Assembly: GCA_964016885.1 (NCBI GenBank)
Contig: OZ024740.1
Location: 33,046,001 to 33,110,000, forward strand
Direction: 5' to 3'
Length of the DNA: 64,000 nt
Source: Eledone cirrhosa
Taxonomy: Eukaryota
Below are positions 22,842-34,519 of the stretch, piece by piece (positions within the stretch are counted from its first letter, which is position 1; every line of letters begins with the position of its first letter). Under the pieces are notes generated by a model. The model did not search any database, was not told where the DNA came from, and saw only the letters and a program-made list of their open reading frames with translations. The position numbers and the translations under genes are program-made.

Positions 22842-25800
22842 CATCATCATCATCAACGTTTAACGTCCGTGTTCCACGCTTGCATGGGTTTGGACGGGGG
22901 TTTTCCCACTTGAGGCAAGAGTGGTTGTCTTGCTCGCATAGGACTGTCTGGCGGGTTTTCTACAGCTGGATGCCCTTCCTAACACCAACCACATTTACAG
23001 TGTGGGGCTGGGAGGTTTTTACCGTGTTACCTACACGGCCACATTACAGCGTGGACTGTGTGTTTTTTTGTCGTGACACCTACACGATCTCATTTGTTTC
23101 GGCCTGGATGGCGCGGCACCAACATAACTTTACATTGAAAGGGGTGGTGTGGATGTGGTGGGGGTGGTGGGACGGGGGTGTATTTTGTTAGAGATGCCTA
23201 CTGACTGTAGTAGGTTTTACTTTGTATTTAGGTAAGGCGGGTCGTCTCTATTACTGAGTACCGCCAAAGGTCTCGGTCCAGTGACATTGTCTTGGAGAGG
23301 TGTAAGTGTGTGAGGTCGGAATTTATCAGCTCGTCCCAGGTTTTTCTGGGTCTGCCTATTCCGTGGCTACCGTCTATCTTTATTGCCCTGCACTTTGTTA
23401 TACAGCTATCGTCTTTCATGCGCATCACGTGACCATACCAACGTAGCCTTCTCTCGAGTAAACAACATCTGATCCCTCTTATTTCTAATTTTTTCCTTAG
23501 TTCGTTTATGCTTTGCCGTTCACGTATATTACTATTACACATCCAGCGGAGCATGCAAGCTTCGTTCCTCTCTAGTCTGCGTATATCCTCTGCACACAAT
23601 GCCCAGGTCTCACTGCCATGCAACATTGCTGTTCGTATGCAGGCATCATACAATCTGCCTTTCATTTTTAGGGAGAACCCTTTAGCGGCTAATAGTGGTA
23701 TAAGCTCTCTGAACTTTTTCCATCCAGTTCTGACTCTAGCTACTGTACTTTCAGAGCACCCTCCCCCACTGCTGATTTTGTCACCCAGGTAACGGAAGCT
23801 GTCCACTATTTCTATAGAACCACCTGTGCAATGGAATGAGCTAGTATTCTGTGGGCACTTGCTGCTACTTATTGCACCAGAGAACCGGCCACATGTGAAA
23901 TCTATGTTCTTAGTTAGCTTACCTGTGATCCCACTACATCTTTTATGCACCCATACTTTGCATTTCGGACACAAAATGGAGTTTCTACCTACGCCTTTCC
24001 CACACACTGAGCATGGCCACTTCCCGGAAGGGACCGCCGCCTTATTTTCTTTCCTACAAACTAGAACTTTGGTCTTAGCCAGGTTAATTTTAAGGCCTTT
24101 TGATTCTAGGCCGTGCTTCCATGTTTGGAATTTCTTCTCTAGCTCGGCCATTGATTCAGCTATGAGTGTTAGGTCATCTGCGTATAGGAGTTCCCATGGG
24201 CAGCCGGTCTTGAACTCCTCTGTTATAGCCTGAAGGGTAATAATAAATAGTAGGGGGCTGAGAACAGAGCCCTGATGGACACCAACTTTTACGCTAAACT
24301 CTTCACTATATTCGTTGTTAATTCTAACCTTGCTGACTGTTTCTTTATACATGGCTTGTATAGCTCTCACAAGCCATTCGTCAACACCTAGTTTTCTAAG
24401 AGCCCACCAGATAATGGAACGGGGGACTCTGTCGAAGGCTTTCTCCAAGTCGACAAAAGCTAAGTATAGGGGTTTACTTTTAGCTTGGTACTGCTCCTGT
24501 AGTTGTCGTACAATGAAAAGAGCATCTGTGGTACTTTTGCCTGACACAAACCCGAACTGCATTTCATCGAGGTCAATTCTCTCTCTGATTAGTTGCGCTA
24601 TTACTTTTTCCGTGACCTTCATGACCTGGTCGATTAATTTAATGCCTCTATAGTTACTCCTATCTAGGGCATCTCCTTTACCCTTATAACAGTTAACGAT
24701 GATGCTGCTATGCCAGTCCTTCGGAACAACCCCATTCTGTACGACTTGATTAACTATCCGGGTGACCATGGTGTGTCCCACTGTGCCAGATGCCTTCAGC
24801 ATCTCAGCAACTATTTCCGAAGGCCCAGCCGCCTTACCCGTCTTCATATCCTTGATTGCCTTACTTATTATACTACCCTCGACTAACACTGCTGGTCCCT
24901 CTATTGGGTCGATGTGGGGGAGACTGTCTTTCTCCCATTTATTCTGCTCATTTAGTAGCCTTTCATAGTGACACTTCCCCGACAATATCACGGTTTTCCT
25001 TGACACATTGCCTAGCAATCCTGAACACCTCACGTTTTTGGTCCTCGCGTTGTAGAACATGCTTGAACTTTCTTTCCTCTGCTTCCCTTCTTGCGAAGTA
25101 CACTTGTCTCCTAGCTTCCCTCCTGGCCACTTGATAGTCTTCTCTACTTCCCCCATCCCGCCATACTTTCCAAGCCTGCTTTTTGGCCTTAATTGACCCC
25201 GCCACCTTACTGTTCCACCACCATGTTACTCTCCTCCTGCTTACAGGCCTGCTCCAGCCACAGACTTCGTCTGCTGCCATCAGCAGGTTTGCTTTCAGGA
25301 ATTCCCACTGCTCCTCTATATTGTACGACTCTAATTGCTCTTCCTTACTGTCGAAAGCATCAAGTAGTATGCTTTTAAATTTATTTCTGGCTGTGGGGTC
25401 CTTTAGCTTCCATATTTTTCTCCTGAGGATAGTCCTCTTCTGCTGTCTAGTACGTCTCGTCCTGACTATTAGGTCGCTAATTATCAGTCTATGTTGGGAG
25501 GTGCATTCTTCATGGGGGAGGGATTTAGTGTTTACAACAGACACTCTGTCATGTCTTCTGGTAAGGATATAATCTACCTGGCTTGTGTGTTCCCCGGATC
25601 TATAGGTGATCAGGTGATTGTCACGTTTTTTGAAGTTAGTGTTACAGATAGTTAGGTTATTTGCGTCACAGAATTCCAGGATTCTGGAGCCTTCCTCATT
25701 TCTAGTACCAAACCCATAGCCTCCATGGATTTCGTCGTAGCCGTCACAATGTTGTCCAACGTGACCATTTAGGTCGCCTGCAATAATTATATAGTCACTG

Positions 25801-27089
25801 TCGGTTATTTGGGAGGTAGTGAGCATCAGTGACTCATAGAATCTGTCTTTTATAGCGCCGGGCAGTCCGGATTGGGATGCGTACACAGATATTACTGTCA
25901 CCGTAGTTCTTTTGAGGACAAGTCTTATTTTAATTATTCTGTCGTTCACTCTATTTACGTCTATTATCTTATCTGCCCACTTTTCTGCTACCATGATTCC
26001 TACTCCACCCAGCCCGTTGTCATTTCCCACCCAGAAAAGCTTATAGCATCGTTTTTTACCCTCAATGAATCTAGCAGACCCACCCCTCCACCTGGTCTCT
26101 TGAATACAACAAACATCGACCTCCTTACGTTCGAGCATTTCTACAACCTCGTTAGAGCGACCCTTTAAGGTGCCATTCATGGTACCAACTCTGAAGTTTT
26201 GGATTGCGTTTCAAGGGTGGGAGCGGTGGGGAGTGGGGGGAGATGGGGTTATGTTAGCCATCCGCGGCCGAAATAAAGAGGAGTGCTCGCATTCTCGTCC
26301 ACGAGGTGAATTTGTCTTTATCTTTGGCATTGTCGCTGAGTGTCCAGATTTTTCTCTCTTCCACTCTTCAGAATTCCGTAGTCCATCCGTCCATCATATC
26401 GAAAGGCAACCAGGTAAGTGATAGTATAGGCCTCTGGCTTATGATTGGTCCGCGTAATAATAATGGTGGTGTGTGGGGGCGGGTGGGAGGGGTTTTGAGT
26501 TGTTAGCGAGAAGGTGAGGTTTGAATAAGATCCTCGTATTTAACAAGCGATAACAAAAATACAAGATTTGTTTTGTAAAATACGACAAAAACCCTCGTAT
26601 TTAACAAGCAATAACAAAAAATACAGATTTGTTTTGGAAAATACGACAAAACTACAGGAGGATTTTTGGATTTGGGGAGAAGAGAAAATGCTATAGAATT
26701 GTCGGAGGGTTGGACTATGGATACGAGTGGAGTGTGGAAATGGTAGAAAAATGTGTACATTACATTACATGATATACCGTGAAGAAAGCAGCGATGAATT
26801 TGGCGAATGTGATTTACTTGAAGGGTTTATCTTATATATAGAGATAGAGAGAGAGAGAGATGGGGGGGGGGGGGTAGGTTTGGCCGCATGATGTAGAATG
26901 GGGTGGCTGACCGCGAACCCTCATGAAGTAGGGGAGGGCGAGAAGATAGTAGGAGCGGGAATTTAGAGTTTAGATACGGTCCTCGAAGTAACAAATATAT
27001 TTAAAAGAATTTATAAAGAAGAAGGATTTTGTTTTGTTTTGAAAAATACGATAGAATTAAGGAATTAAGGTTGGGTTAGCGAGAAGGTG
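22842..27089 (-). mobile_element. Near-full-length RTE LINE (subfamily B), about 4.25 kb
   Basis: 5' UTR, APE endonuclease, RT, PHD-like finger, ~370-nt 3' UTR and (ATG)n tail; candidate 7-bp TSD AATGTAT at 22835-22841 and 27090-27096. Confidence 0.92.
23228..26180 (-). pseudogene. RTE EN-RT polyprotein split into two ORFs (24963-26180 APE endonuclease; 23228-~24975 RT+PHD) by a frameshifting deletion
   Basis: EN motifs CCIQETRW, AGDLNGHVG, SQVDYIL, TSQHRL; RT motifs DLEKAFD, QGSVLSP, YADD; about 65 nt (roughly KCIRNDKGELALTSAEKKDAW in the paralog at 1440-1505) is missing near 24970. Confidence 0.9.
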
Positions 27090-27271
27090 AATGTATGTGT
27101 ATATATACACGCACATACATATACATATATATATGTGTATGTATGTGTGCATACACACACACATATGTATGTGTGCATATACACACACACATACATATAT
27201 TTGTATGTATGTCTATACACAAATGCATATATACATATACTATGGAGTGAGAGACTCCTTGTCTTCATTAG

Positions 27272-27477
27272 CCCTTTAGCATTTGGCCAGAATTCTTTCA
27301 CCTATTTCTGTTTAAACCAGCCGTAACTGGCCCCTCATACTAACTTTAAGGTATTGTTGTCAAAATAAATAATATCAAAATCTCATAGATTTGATACCAT
27401 GTGAAATAATTATATGAGGAAAAGCCTTTACCGTGAAAATATAATAGTATATATAAAGTAATTTAAATACTAAAGGG
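27272..27477 (+). mobile_element. piggyBac-type MITE family 1
   Basis: TTAG|CCCTTTAGCATTT ... AAATACTAAAGGG|TTAA. Confidence 0.82.
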
Positions 27478-28729
27478 TTAAGACATTTCTCTAGGAGAAG
27501 GTCACTCTGATATAAAACCTGCGACTTCGTTTGCATCAAATGATGTAGACCAGTTTTTCTTTTTGGACAAATGCATTTGATGTTCAGAGAGTGGGATTGG
27601 CCCCGTGCAAAGCCTTTCCTCACTTAAAGCTTCAAGCACAGACTTTGCTTGATATGTGATTTTTTTGCAATGCATGGTATGGCTGGCCATAGACAAGTCC
27701 CTAACAAGACTTAAAAGCCATATCAGTGATGCTCATGCTTAAGTATTAAGAGATGGCAACACTCAAAATCGAGTTAAAGCTATCATATACACACACATAT
27801 ACACATACATACATATAAGATCTTCCTGACTTCATCGTTTGAATGAAAATATTTTAATAGCAGTTGTTATTGATGTTTTACAAAAGGTAAACTCCTGAAA
27901 CTCTTGAGAATAATGTTGTGTCTATTTGTTATTTGTTATCATTAGACTTGAAATGTTTTGATCATTTGTGTCAGCAATCAAGAAATATTTTGGCTGTCCT
28001 GTCAAGTGTTAGTTTCTTTTTAAGATATTCTGTTCTTCGTTGGATTTTTTATTTTATTTTGCTATCAGTTTAGCTTCTATGAACACTTTCTAATCTCAAT
28101 GAAATTCTAAATGAGATAATTGTGTTATCAACTAATGTTTTTATCAACAACATCATTATCATCATCACTGTTTAATGTCTGCTTTTCCTGATAGCAATGG
28201 TTGGACTGGTCTACATAGACCAAGTTAGTACTGAAGCAGGGCTACTGGCCTCACAGACATGTTGATTTGGGTGGGCGGCATCTTGTGTGTATATGGTCTT
28301 ACATTGTATCAAGTGCACACGAGAGGTTTCATGTTTTTGACACATGTGAGGGTCCTCCCAACTCTTGTTTGGCAAGCTTCCTATCACCAAATACTTTATA
28401 GCATGTATTTGGATGTGTTTATCAAGTAGATCACCAACACTAGGGAGGTTGTCATGTCTTTGACACAACTGAAGGGTCCTCCTGACCCCTTGTTTGCCAA
28501 GCTTTCTATGGCTAGTTCCCTTTCCTATCACCAACCACTTTACAGTATGTTACTGGGTGTGTTTTTCTTCTGTAATATAAATGTGTTGTTATGATTCTTT
28601 GTATGTGCCTGTTCTGTTAACGAGAAAATTTGAAACTTGTATATCTAGTGCAATGGTTGGTCAATGTTTTCATAAACTAAAATAAACATAAAAAAGAAAC
28701 AATCATTTTGAGTCATTACCTTCTTATGG

Positions 28730-29490
28730 ACAAGTGACGCTGCATTCCAGGTCCGAACACAGAATAGCCAAACTCCCACTCTCATCGCCTCCATCTCTCT
28801 CTATTATAAGCAAAGGGGGTCTCACGTGCTGGCCATCCCACAGCCACAGTGGACAGAATAGAGAAGGTGTTTCCCCAGAGGATGGTAAGGGTGATGCACT
28901 GGAAGAGCCATTCAATCTCACGAGGCTCACATCTGTGGCTAGCCAGCGCAGGGTGGTAAGTAGGGAGGTAGCTCTAGGGCCAATGACACCAGAAGTCTCC
29001 ACTGCTAGGGGCTTGACTGCAAACCTGTCCAAGAGCGACTGATACTTGGAGAGTTTACCCTCCTCAGCCTGAAGTTCAGCAGAACCTGGGTTAGTTGCAG
29101 ACTGCACCAGGTTGCCGCTGGAGAATGTGTCACTGCAAGTGGTATCCCAGACAAGGGGTTTACCACTGTGGAACAGGAAGATGGTCATGCCATCTGACCT
29201 TTTGCTATCCCCTCGATCCAGCCCCACTGGCTCAAGTTGGGAAGGGAAGCCTGTAGCATCCAAGCCATGCTTTATGACCTTGTTGAAAGCGGCCTGGTGT
29301 GGAAGGTGACTGGCACTGTAGCGACAGAAAAGCAGGTGGAGGCTGAAAGATTCCACGGTGTCCAGCTGTGTGCCAGTAGATGTCATCCAGTGCAACCTGG
29401 CCTCAGACAGGCTAGTGCGCCAGCTCAACCAGCACCGCCTTACATGTTTTCGCGCGGCCTCACAACCCCACAGCAGTGCCTGGCTCCATG
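28730..29490 (-). mobile_element. C-terminal fragment of an RLE-type non-LTR retrotransposon (CRE-like)
   Basis: Degenerate CCHC region, then LEPVGLDRGDSKR(P/S)DG..GKPLVWDTTCSDT..AEEGKLSKY..PLAVETSGVIGP, a restriction-like endonuclease signature. Confidence 0.8.
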
Positions 29491-30086
29491 CCTTACCTTC
29501 TTTCTCTACTAACTAAAATAAAAATGACATGGAAAATAATACTATTCTCCATGTTTGTATGTTTTTTTTCTGTTGTAGTGTTGTCTTCATTTTTTCTCTG
29601 TTGTGTATCATTTTGTATCATGAACTCACTATGATATAATATCTTTTAATAAAAGTGGTGTTTCTCTCATGCTTTATGAAATAACACCTGAATACATTTA
29701 TTTACAAATGATTTCACCAGTCATTTTGAAAGAGTCTACTATTCTCTTTAATTAATAAAACTGTTATCATTTTTAATGACATGGGTATCTTCTTCTATTT
29801 GACTTATCCAATGCCTTGAAGTAGTGGTGAGGTGCTCACATAGTTTGAGCTCCAGAGTCCACAGTTGACCATTGAAGGGCATAGATCCTTTCCTTTGAGG
29901 CCAATTCATCATGTGAGTGACTTGGCCAGCAAGGGCTAGTATATAATAAATTAGTCCAATATCTACTTATTTCTGTTTGTTTCCTTCTTTCTTTAGCTAA
30001 GAACACCTAAAAAATTTCATGAAAAGTAGGTGTACTATTAAAAATATGATGACATTTAAATGCATGTAACTTTTAGTTCCATTTTA

Positions 30087-30368
30087 ACTCTTAATGTTCT
30101 GAACCACATGAAACCACATTAGCAAGACATTCTTGGAAAGTCAAAACAGCACAATGACTGCATCACATTAGAAATTAGTCACTGTTAACCAATAAAGATA
30201 CCATAAATATTTGAATTAACAAACATAATTTCTAGTATTTTTGGCTAAATCATTACATGAAATACACTGCCTGTAATTTTCAAATCATTTTGATAATAAT
30301 CAGAAATTAGGAGTGATTTAGTAAAATAACTTTTTCATTATTTATCTGGTGTTCGGAACATAAAGGTT
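30087..30368 (+). mobile_element. Putative second TTAA MITE family
   Basis: TTAA-CTCTTAATGTTCTGAAC ... GTTCGGAACATAAAGG; homologous to the element starting at 4319. Confidence 0.5.
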
Positions 30369-30896
30369 GAGAATGATAAAATTGATGTGTATTGCTTTCT
30401 ATATATAAATTTGAACGACTTCTGTCTGTCACACAATGTGTGTGTGTTTGTGTGAATATATGTGTGTAAAAGGAAGGAAGGGGATGGAGAAAAAACTATA
30501 GAAAAACAGTGGCTGGCGTTTCATTTGCTACACTATGTGTTTGTGTAAATGTATGTGTGTGTGTGTTTGCATGAATGTGTGTGTATTTGTGTGAATGTAT
30601 GTCTGCGTGTGTGTATTTTTGTAAGTGTGTCTGTGTTTGCACATTTATATTTATATACTCATACATATAAATGTATGCATATGTACATACGCACACGCAT
30701 ATACAAATATATATCAGCATGTTGAACACAATTCTAATGATTTAAAATTATGATTTTTATAATCATTTGATAAAAGTACAAAAAATGAATTCCCTCTAAT
30801 TGATTATAAATAAATAAGCTATGATATAGAATAGGCTACACTCATAAGGCGACACTAAAATCAGAGAAAGTTGCTAATTAGATAACTTAGACTCTA

Positions 30897-31092
30897 CCAT
30901 ATATACTTGAATATAAGCCAATCCCCCTATTTTATGTGTGAGAAATAGGCAAAATTCCAAACCCCATTTATAAGCCAAGGCAGCTAATCAACATATTATG
31001 TTTAGATGGTGGATATTAAGCCCCCCCCCCCCCATTTTACCATTGATTTTTTTTGGTCACGTTTTCCTCGGCTTATATTTGAGTATATACAG
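30897..31092. mobile_element. Tc2/pogo-like MITE (copy 2)
   Basis: TA|CCATATATACTTGAATATAAGCC ... GGCTTATATTTGAGTATATACAG|TA; internal sequence matches 2191-2387. Confidence 0.8.
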
Positions 31093-31289
31093 TATTCTCA
31101 ACTAAACCCCAATCTAGATACCAGGAACTATCAGCTGTGAGGGTGCTTGGCTATTTTAGTGCTTTAGCCATGCTATCACCTATAGCATGTGTGGACTGGA
31201 TACCTTTTGTTGTAGCACCAACACTTCCACCTGGACTGGGTATCTTTCGTTGTGGCATCAGCACAACAGACTGAACTGCTTATTTGGTA

Positions 31290-33120
31290 CCCGAAGTAGC
31301 AGAAGCTGTCAACTACTTCAAGGGAGCATTTCATAGTCTTATTTCATGTGAGCTCTTGCTGGTTACTGCTTCTGTGTATCTGTTGCATTCTAAGCTTACA
31401 TTCTTCACTATTCTGCCCAAGATTCAATTACATCTCTTGTGTATCCAACCTTACATTTGATACATAGAATGGAATTTCTACCAACTCTTTCCTACACACA
31501 GAACAAGGCCATTTACTGAAGGAAATCAGGATCCTGTTTTCTTTTTTACTTACTAAGATCTTGGTTTTTGCTAGGTTGACTCTGAAACCTTTTGATTCCA
31601 GGTTTTGCTTCTATGTCTGGAATATCTTCTCTAATTCTGCTGCAGAATCAGCTATGAGGATTAGGTCATTAGCATATAGGAGTTCCTGTGAGCAGCCAGT
31701 ATTAAACTCCTCTGTTATGGCCTTGAAGGATGAAAATAATCAGGAGGGGGCTCAGGAGAGAGAGCTTTGGTGGATTCCTATCTACACACTAATTTTGTCA
31801 CTATATTCATTGCTGACTCTAACATTACTGACAGCATCTCTGTACATAGCATTCCTCTACCCCTAGTTTCCTAAGAACCCATCAGATTATGGAGCGGGGA
31901 ACTTTGTCAAAAGCTTTTTCTAGATAAACAAATGCTAAGTAGAGGGGCTTACTCTTAGCAGGGTACTTCTCCTGCAGCCGTCTCAAGGAAGAGGGCATCT
32001 GTGATACCTATAACAAGCACAAAGCTAAACTGCATCTCGTCTAGGTTAATTCTATCCCAAATTAGTTGTGCAATAACTCTCTCTTTCAGTATTTTTCATG
32101 ACCTGGTCCATCAACTTAATGTCTGTAGTTTCCTCTATTTAGTGCATCTCCTTTGTTCTTGAAGCAGTTGACAATGCTGCTGCTGCTGCTGCACCAGTTG
32201 ATACCATCCTGTATTACTTGATGCATTATATTTGCAGTTAGTGTGTATCCCATCCAACCATCTCTGATCCTGCTGCTTTACATATCTTTAAGCCTTTAGC
32301 ATTTACGTTTCTCTATATACACTATTATATTTTTGTGCTAAAAGGCTTTATCTTACATAATATTGAATCTATGAGATTTTGATGTTATTTATTTTGAGAA
32401 TAATACCTTAACGTCAGTATGAGCAGCCAGTTTGAACAGAAGGAGGTGAGAGATTTCTGACCAGATAGAGCTGGTTTAAATGCTAAAGGGTTAATTGCCT
32501 TACTTACCACACTACTGCTAACCTGGATGGCTGGTCCCATGCAGTCTCCCAATTTAACAGTCTCTCATCTTTCTTTCTTCTCAGCATCAGTGAGGACAAG
32601 TGTGTCACTGTTATTTTGGGCACATTTTTCCCCAATGATGTCCTCATTTTTCTTCACACTCTACCTCACAATCCTGAACACATCACACCTTTGGTCCTCA
32701 TAGTGTATAATAGACACAAACTTATTACTTTCTGCTTCTCTCTTTACTGAGTGAACCTGGAACCTAGCTTTTTGATACTGTCCCCTGTTTTCCCCACTTT
32801 GTCAGTCTTTCCAAGCCTGTTTCTTAATTTCAACTGCCTCGTCTACCTTCTTATTCCATCACCATATCACTCTTTGTCGTCCTGGGGCCTTGCACCACCC
32901 ACAGACCCCATCTGTAGCCTTTAGCTGGTTATCCCACAGTTCTTCTACACTGTCAATCTCAATTTCATCTTCCTTACACTCATAAGCATCAATCAAAGCA
33001 TTTCAAAATATGTGACCAACTGAGGGCGCCCCCACCTTCCATGTCCTCCATTAATCTGTCTTCTGTCTCCATGTTCACCTAGCTCTGATTCTAAAGTCAC
33101 TGTTAACTAAGTTATGTTTG
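31290..33120 (-). mobile_element. Old degraded RTE (RT region) interrupted by a MITE
   Basis: Collinear with 270-2020 but with many indels. Confidence 0.85.
32292..32490 (-). mobile_element. piggyBac-type MITE family 1 inserted in an RTE
   Basis: TTAA on both sides; removing the element plus one TTAA restores CATATCTTTAATTGCC, matching RTE CATATCCTTGATTGCC at 24845. Confidence 0.88.
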
Positions 33121-33696
33121 TCTGTCATAGCTTCTGCTGAGGATAAAGTGAAAGTAATAGAAACCAATAATTTTGAATAGCAAAATTTATTGAAATAGCT
33201 GAATATTATTCAATGCATATTGTTGTTTTTATGCTGTCAATAGGGGGTAAAAGGTATTTATTCAACAATTTATGATCAGACTGGAATAGTGATGAGAAGT
33301 TAATTTTCATTGAACCAGAAATAGGAATATATAGAATTAAAGATACAATTAATCTATTCTGTGTATTACAGAGCAAATTAAACAACACAAATATATTTTC
33401 ATCTTAATAAATGTAATATTCAATATTAGCTAATTATTTCATGCGTAAAATAGCCATGATATTGTAAACGAAAAAAAAAAAAAAAAAAGAAGCAAAGCAA
33501 AACAAATTGTAACACTCCGAAAACAAGTTGTATTGATTAATATCTCATCTTAATTATATAGCATGCTTGTATTCAGAATTAATAATATATTGCAATTGTT
33601 CATATGCTTAAAAATAACAGTGAGAATCACTGATCATTCTTCACAATAACAAAAATTGAAATGCATTCTAGCATATATTACATGATAGGAGCGGAG

Positions 33697-33783
33697 CATT
33701 GTATTGGTCAATGTTACATTGTATTGGTCAATGTTACATTGTATTGGTCAATGTTACATTGTATTGGTCAATGTTACATTGTA
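33697..33783. repeat. 20-bp tandem repeat, about 4 copies
   Basis: CATTGTATTGGTCAATGTTA. Confidence 0.95.
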
Positions 33784-34010
33784 AATAGTCTCTTAAGGAC
33801 ATTGTAAATAGTAGTTTAGTTGTAAATAGAAGGACCTAGCATATTTTATTGTAAACTAGTAGTTCAGTTGTAAATAGGACCTAGTATATTTTATTGTAAA
33901 TAGGACCTAGTATATTTTATTGTAAATAGTAGTTTAGTTGTAAATATAGGGACCTAATATATTTTATTTTAAATAGTAGTTTAGTTTTAAATATAGAGAC
34001 TGAGTATATT

Positions 34011-34248
34011 TTATTGTAGACTAGCAGAAATACTAGTCTATTATTGTAGACTAGCAGAAATACTAGTCTATTATTGTAGACTAGCAGAAATACTAGTCTA
34101 TTATTGTAGACTAGCAGAAATACTAGTCTATTATTGTAGACTAGCAGAAATACTAGTCTATTATTGTAGACTAGCAGAAATACTAGTCTATTATTGTAGA
34201 CTAGCAGAAATACTAGTCTATTATTGTAGACTAGCAGAAATACTAGTC
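34011..34248. repeat. 30-bp tandem repeat, about 8 perfect copies, each with an internal palindrome
   Basis: TTATTG-TAGACTAG-CAGAAATA-CTAGTCTA. Confidence 0.97.
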
Positions 34249-34519
34249 ATATCTTGTCTATGCTTAGATTTTCATATCACTTTGCCCAGGTTAAAGAAAA
34301 ATGAAATTTCATTCAAAACCTTTTCTAAGGTATATTTGAAACTTCTATGTAACATATTTCGGTTGAAATTTGATTTCATACTTAGTTTATTTATTCCTTT
34401 CATATCTTGTCTATGCTTAGATTTTCATATCACTGATGAAATACAGTTCTGTATGAGAAAAAGTCCCTTATTTACAGCTAATCTACTATCTACAATGTAA
34501 TATACTATAATACACATTT

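Noticed and set aside
26870-26950. GC-rich patch in the RTE 5' UTR as an HDV-like ribozyme
   Set aside because: The nested double pseudoknot could not be assembled by eye; needs a motif search.
27482-27760. Coding-like segment with 64-82 aa minus-strand ORFs
   Set aside because: No recognisable motif or splice structure; possibly an unidentifiable old TE remnant.
34427-34470. CTGATGA-A-ATACAG/CTGTAT hairpin resembling a hammerhead
   Set aside because: Followed by GAGAAAA rather than GAAA, with no convincing stem I or III; at best a decayed motif.
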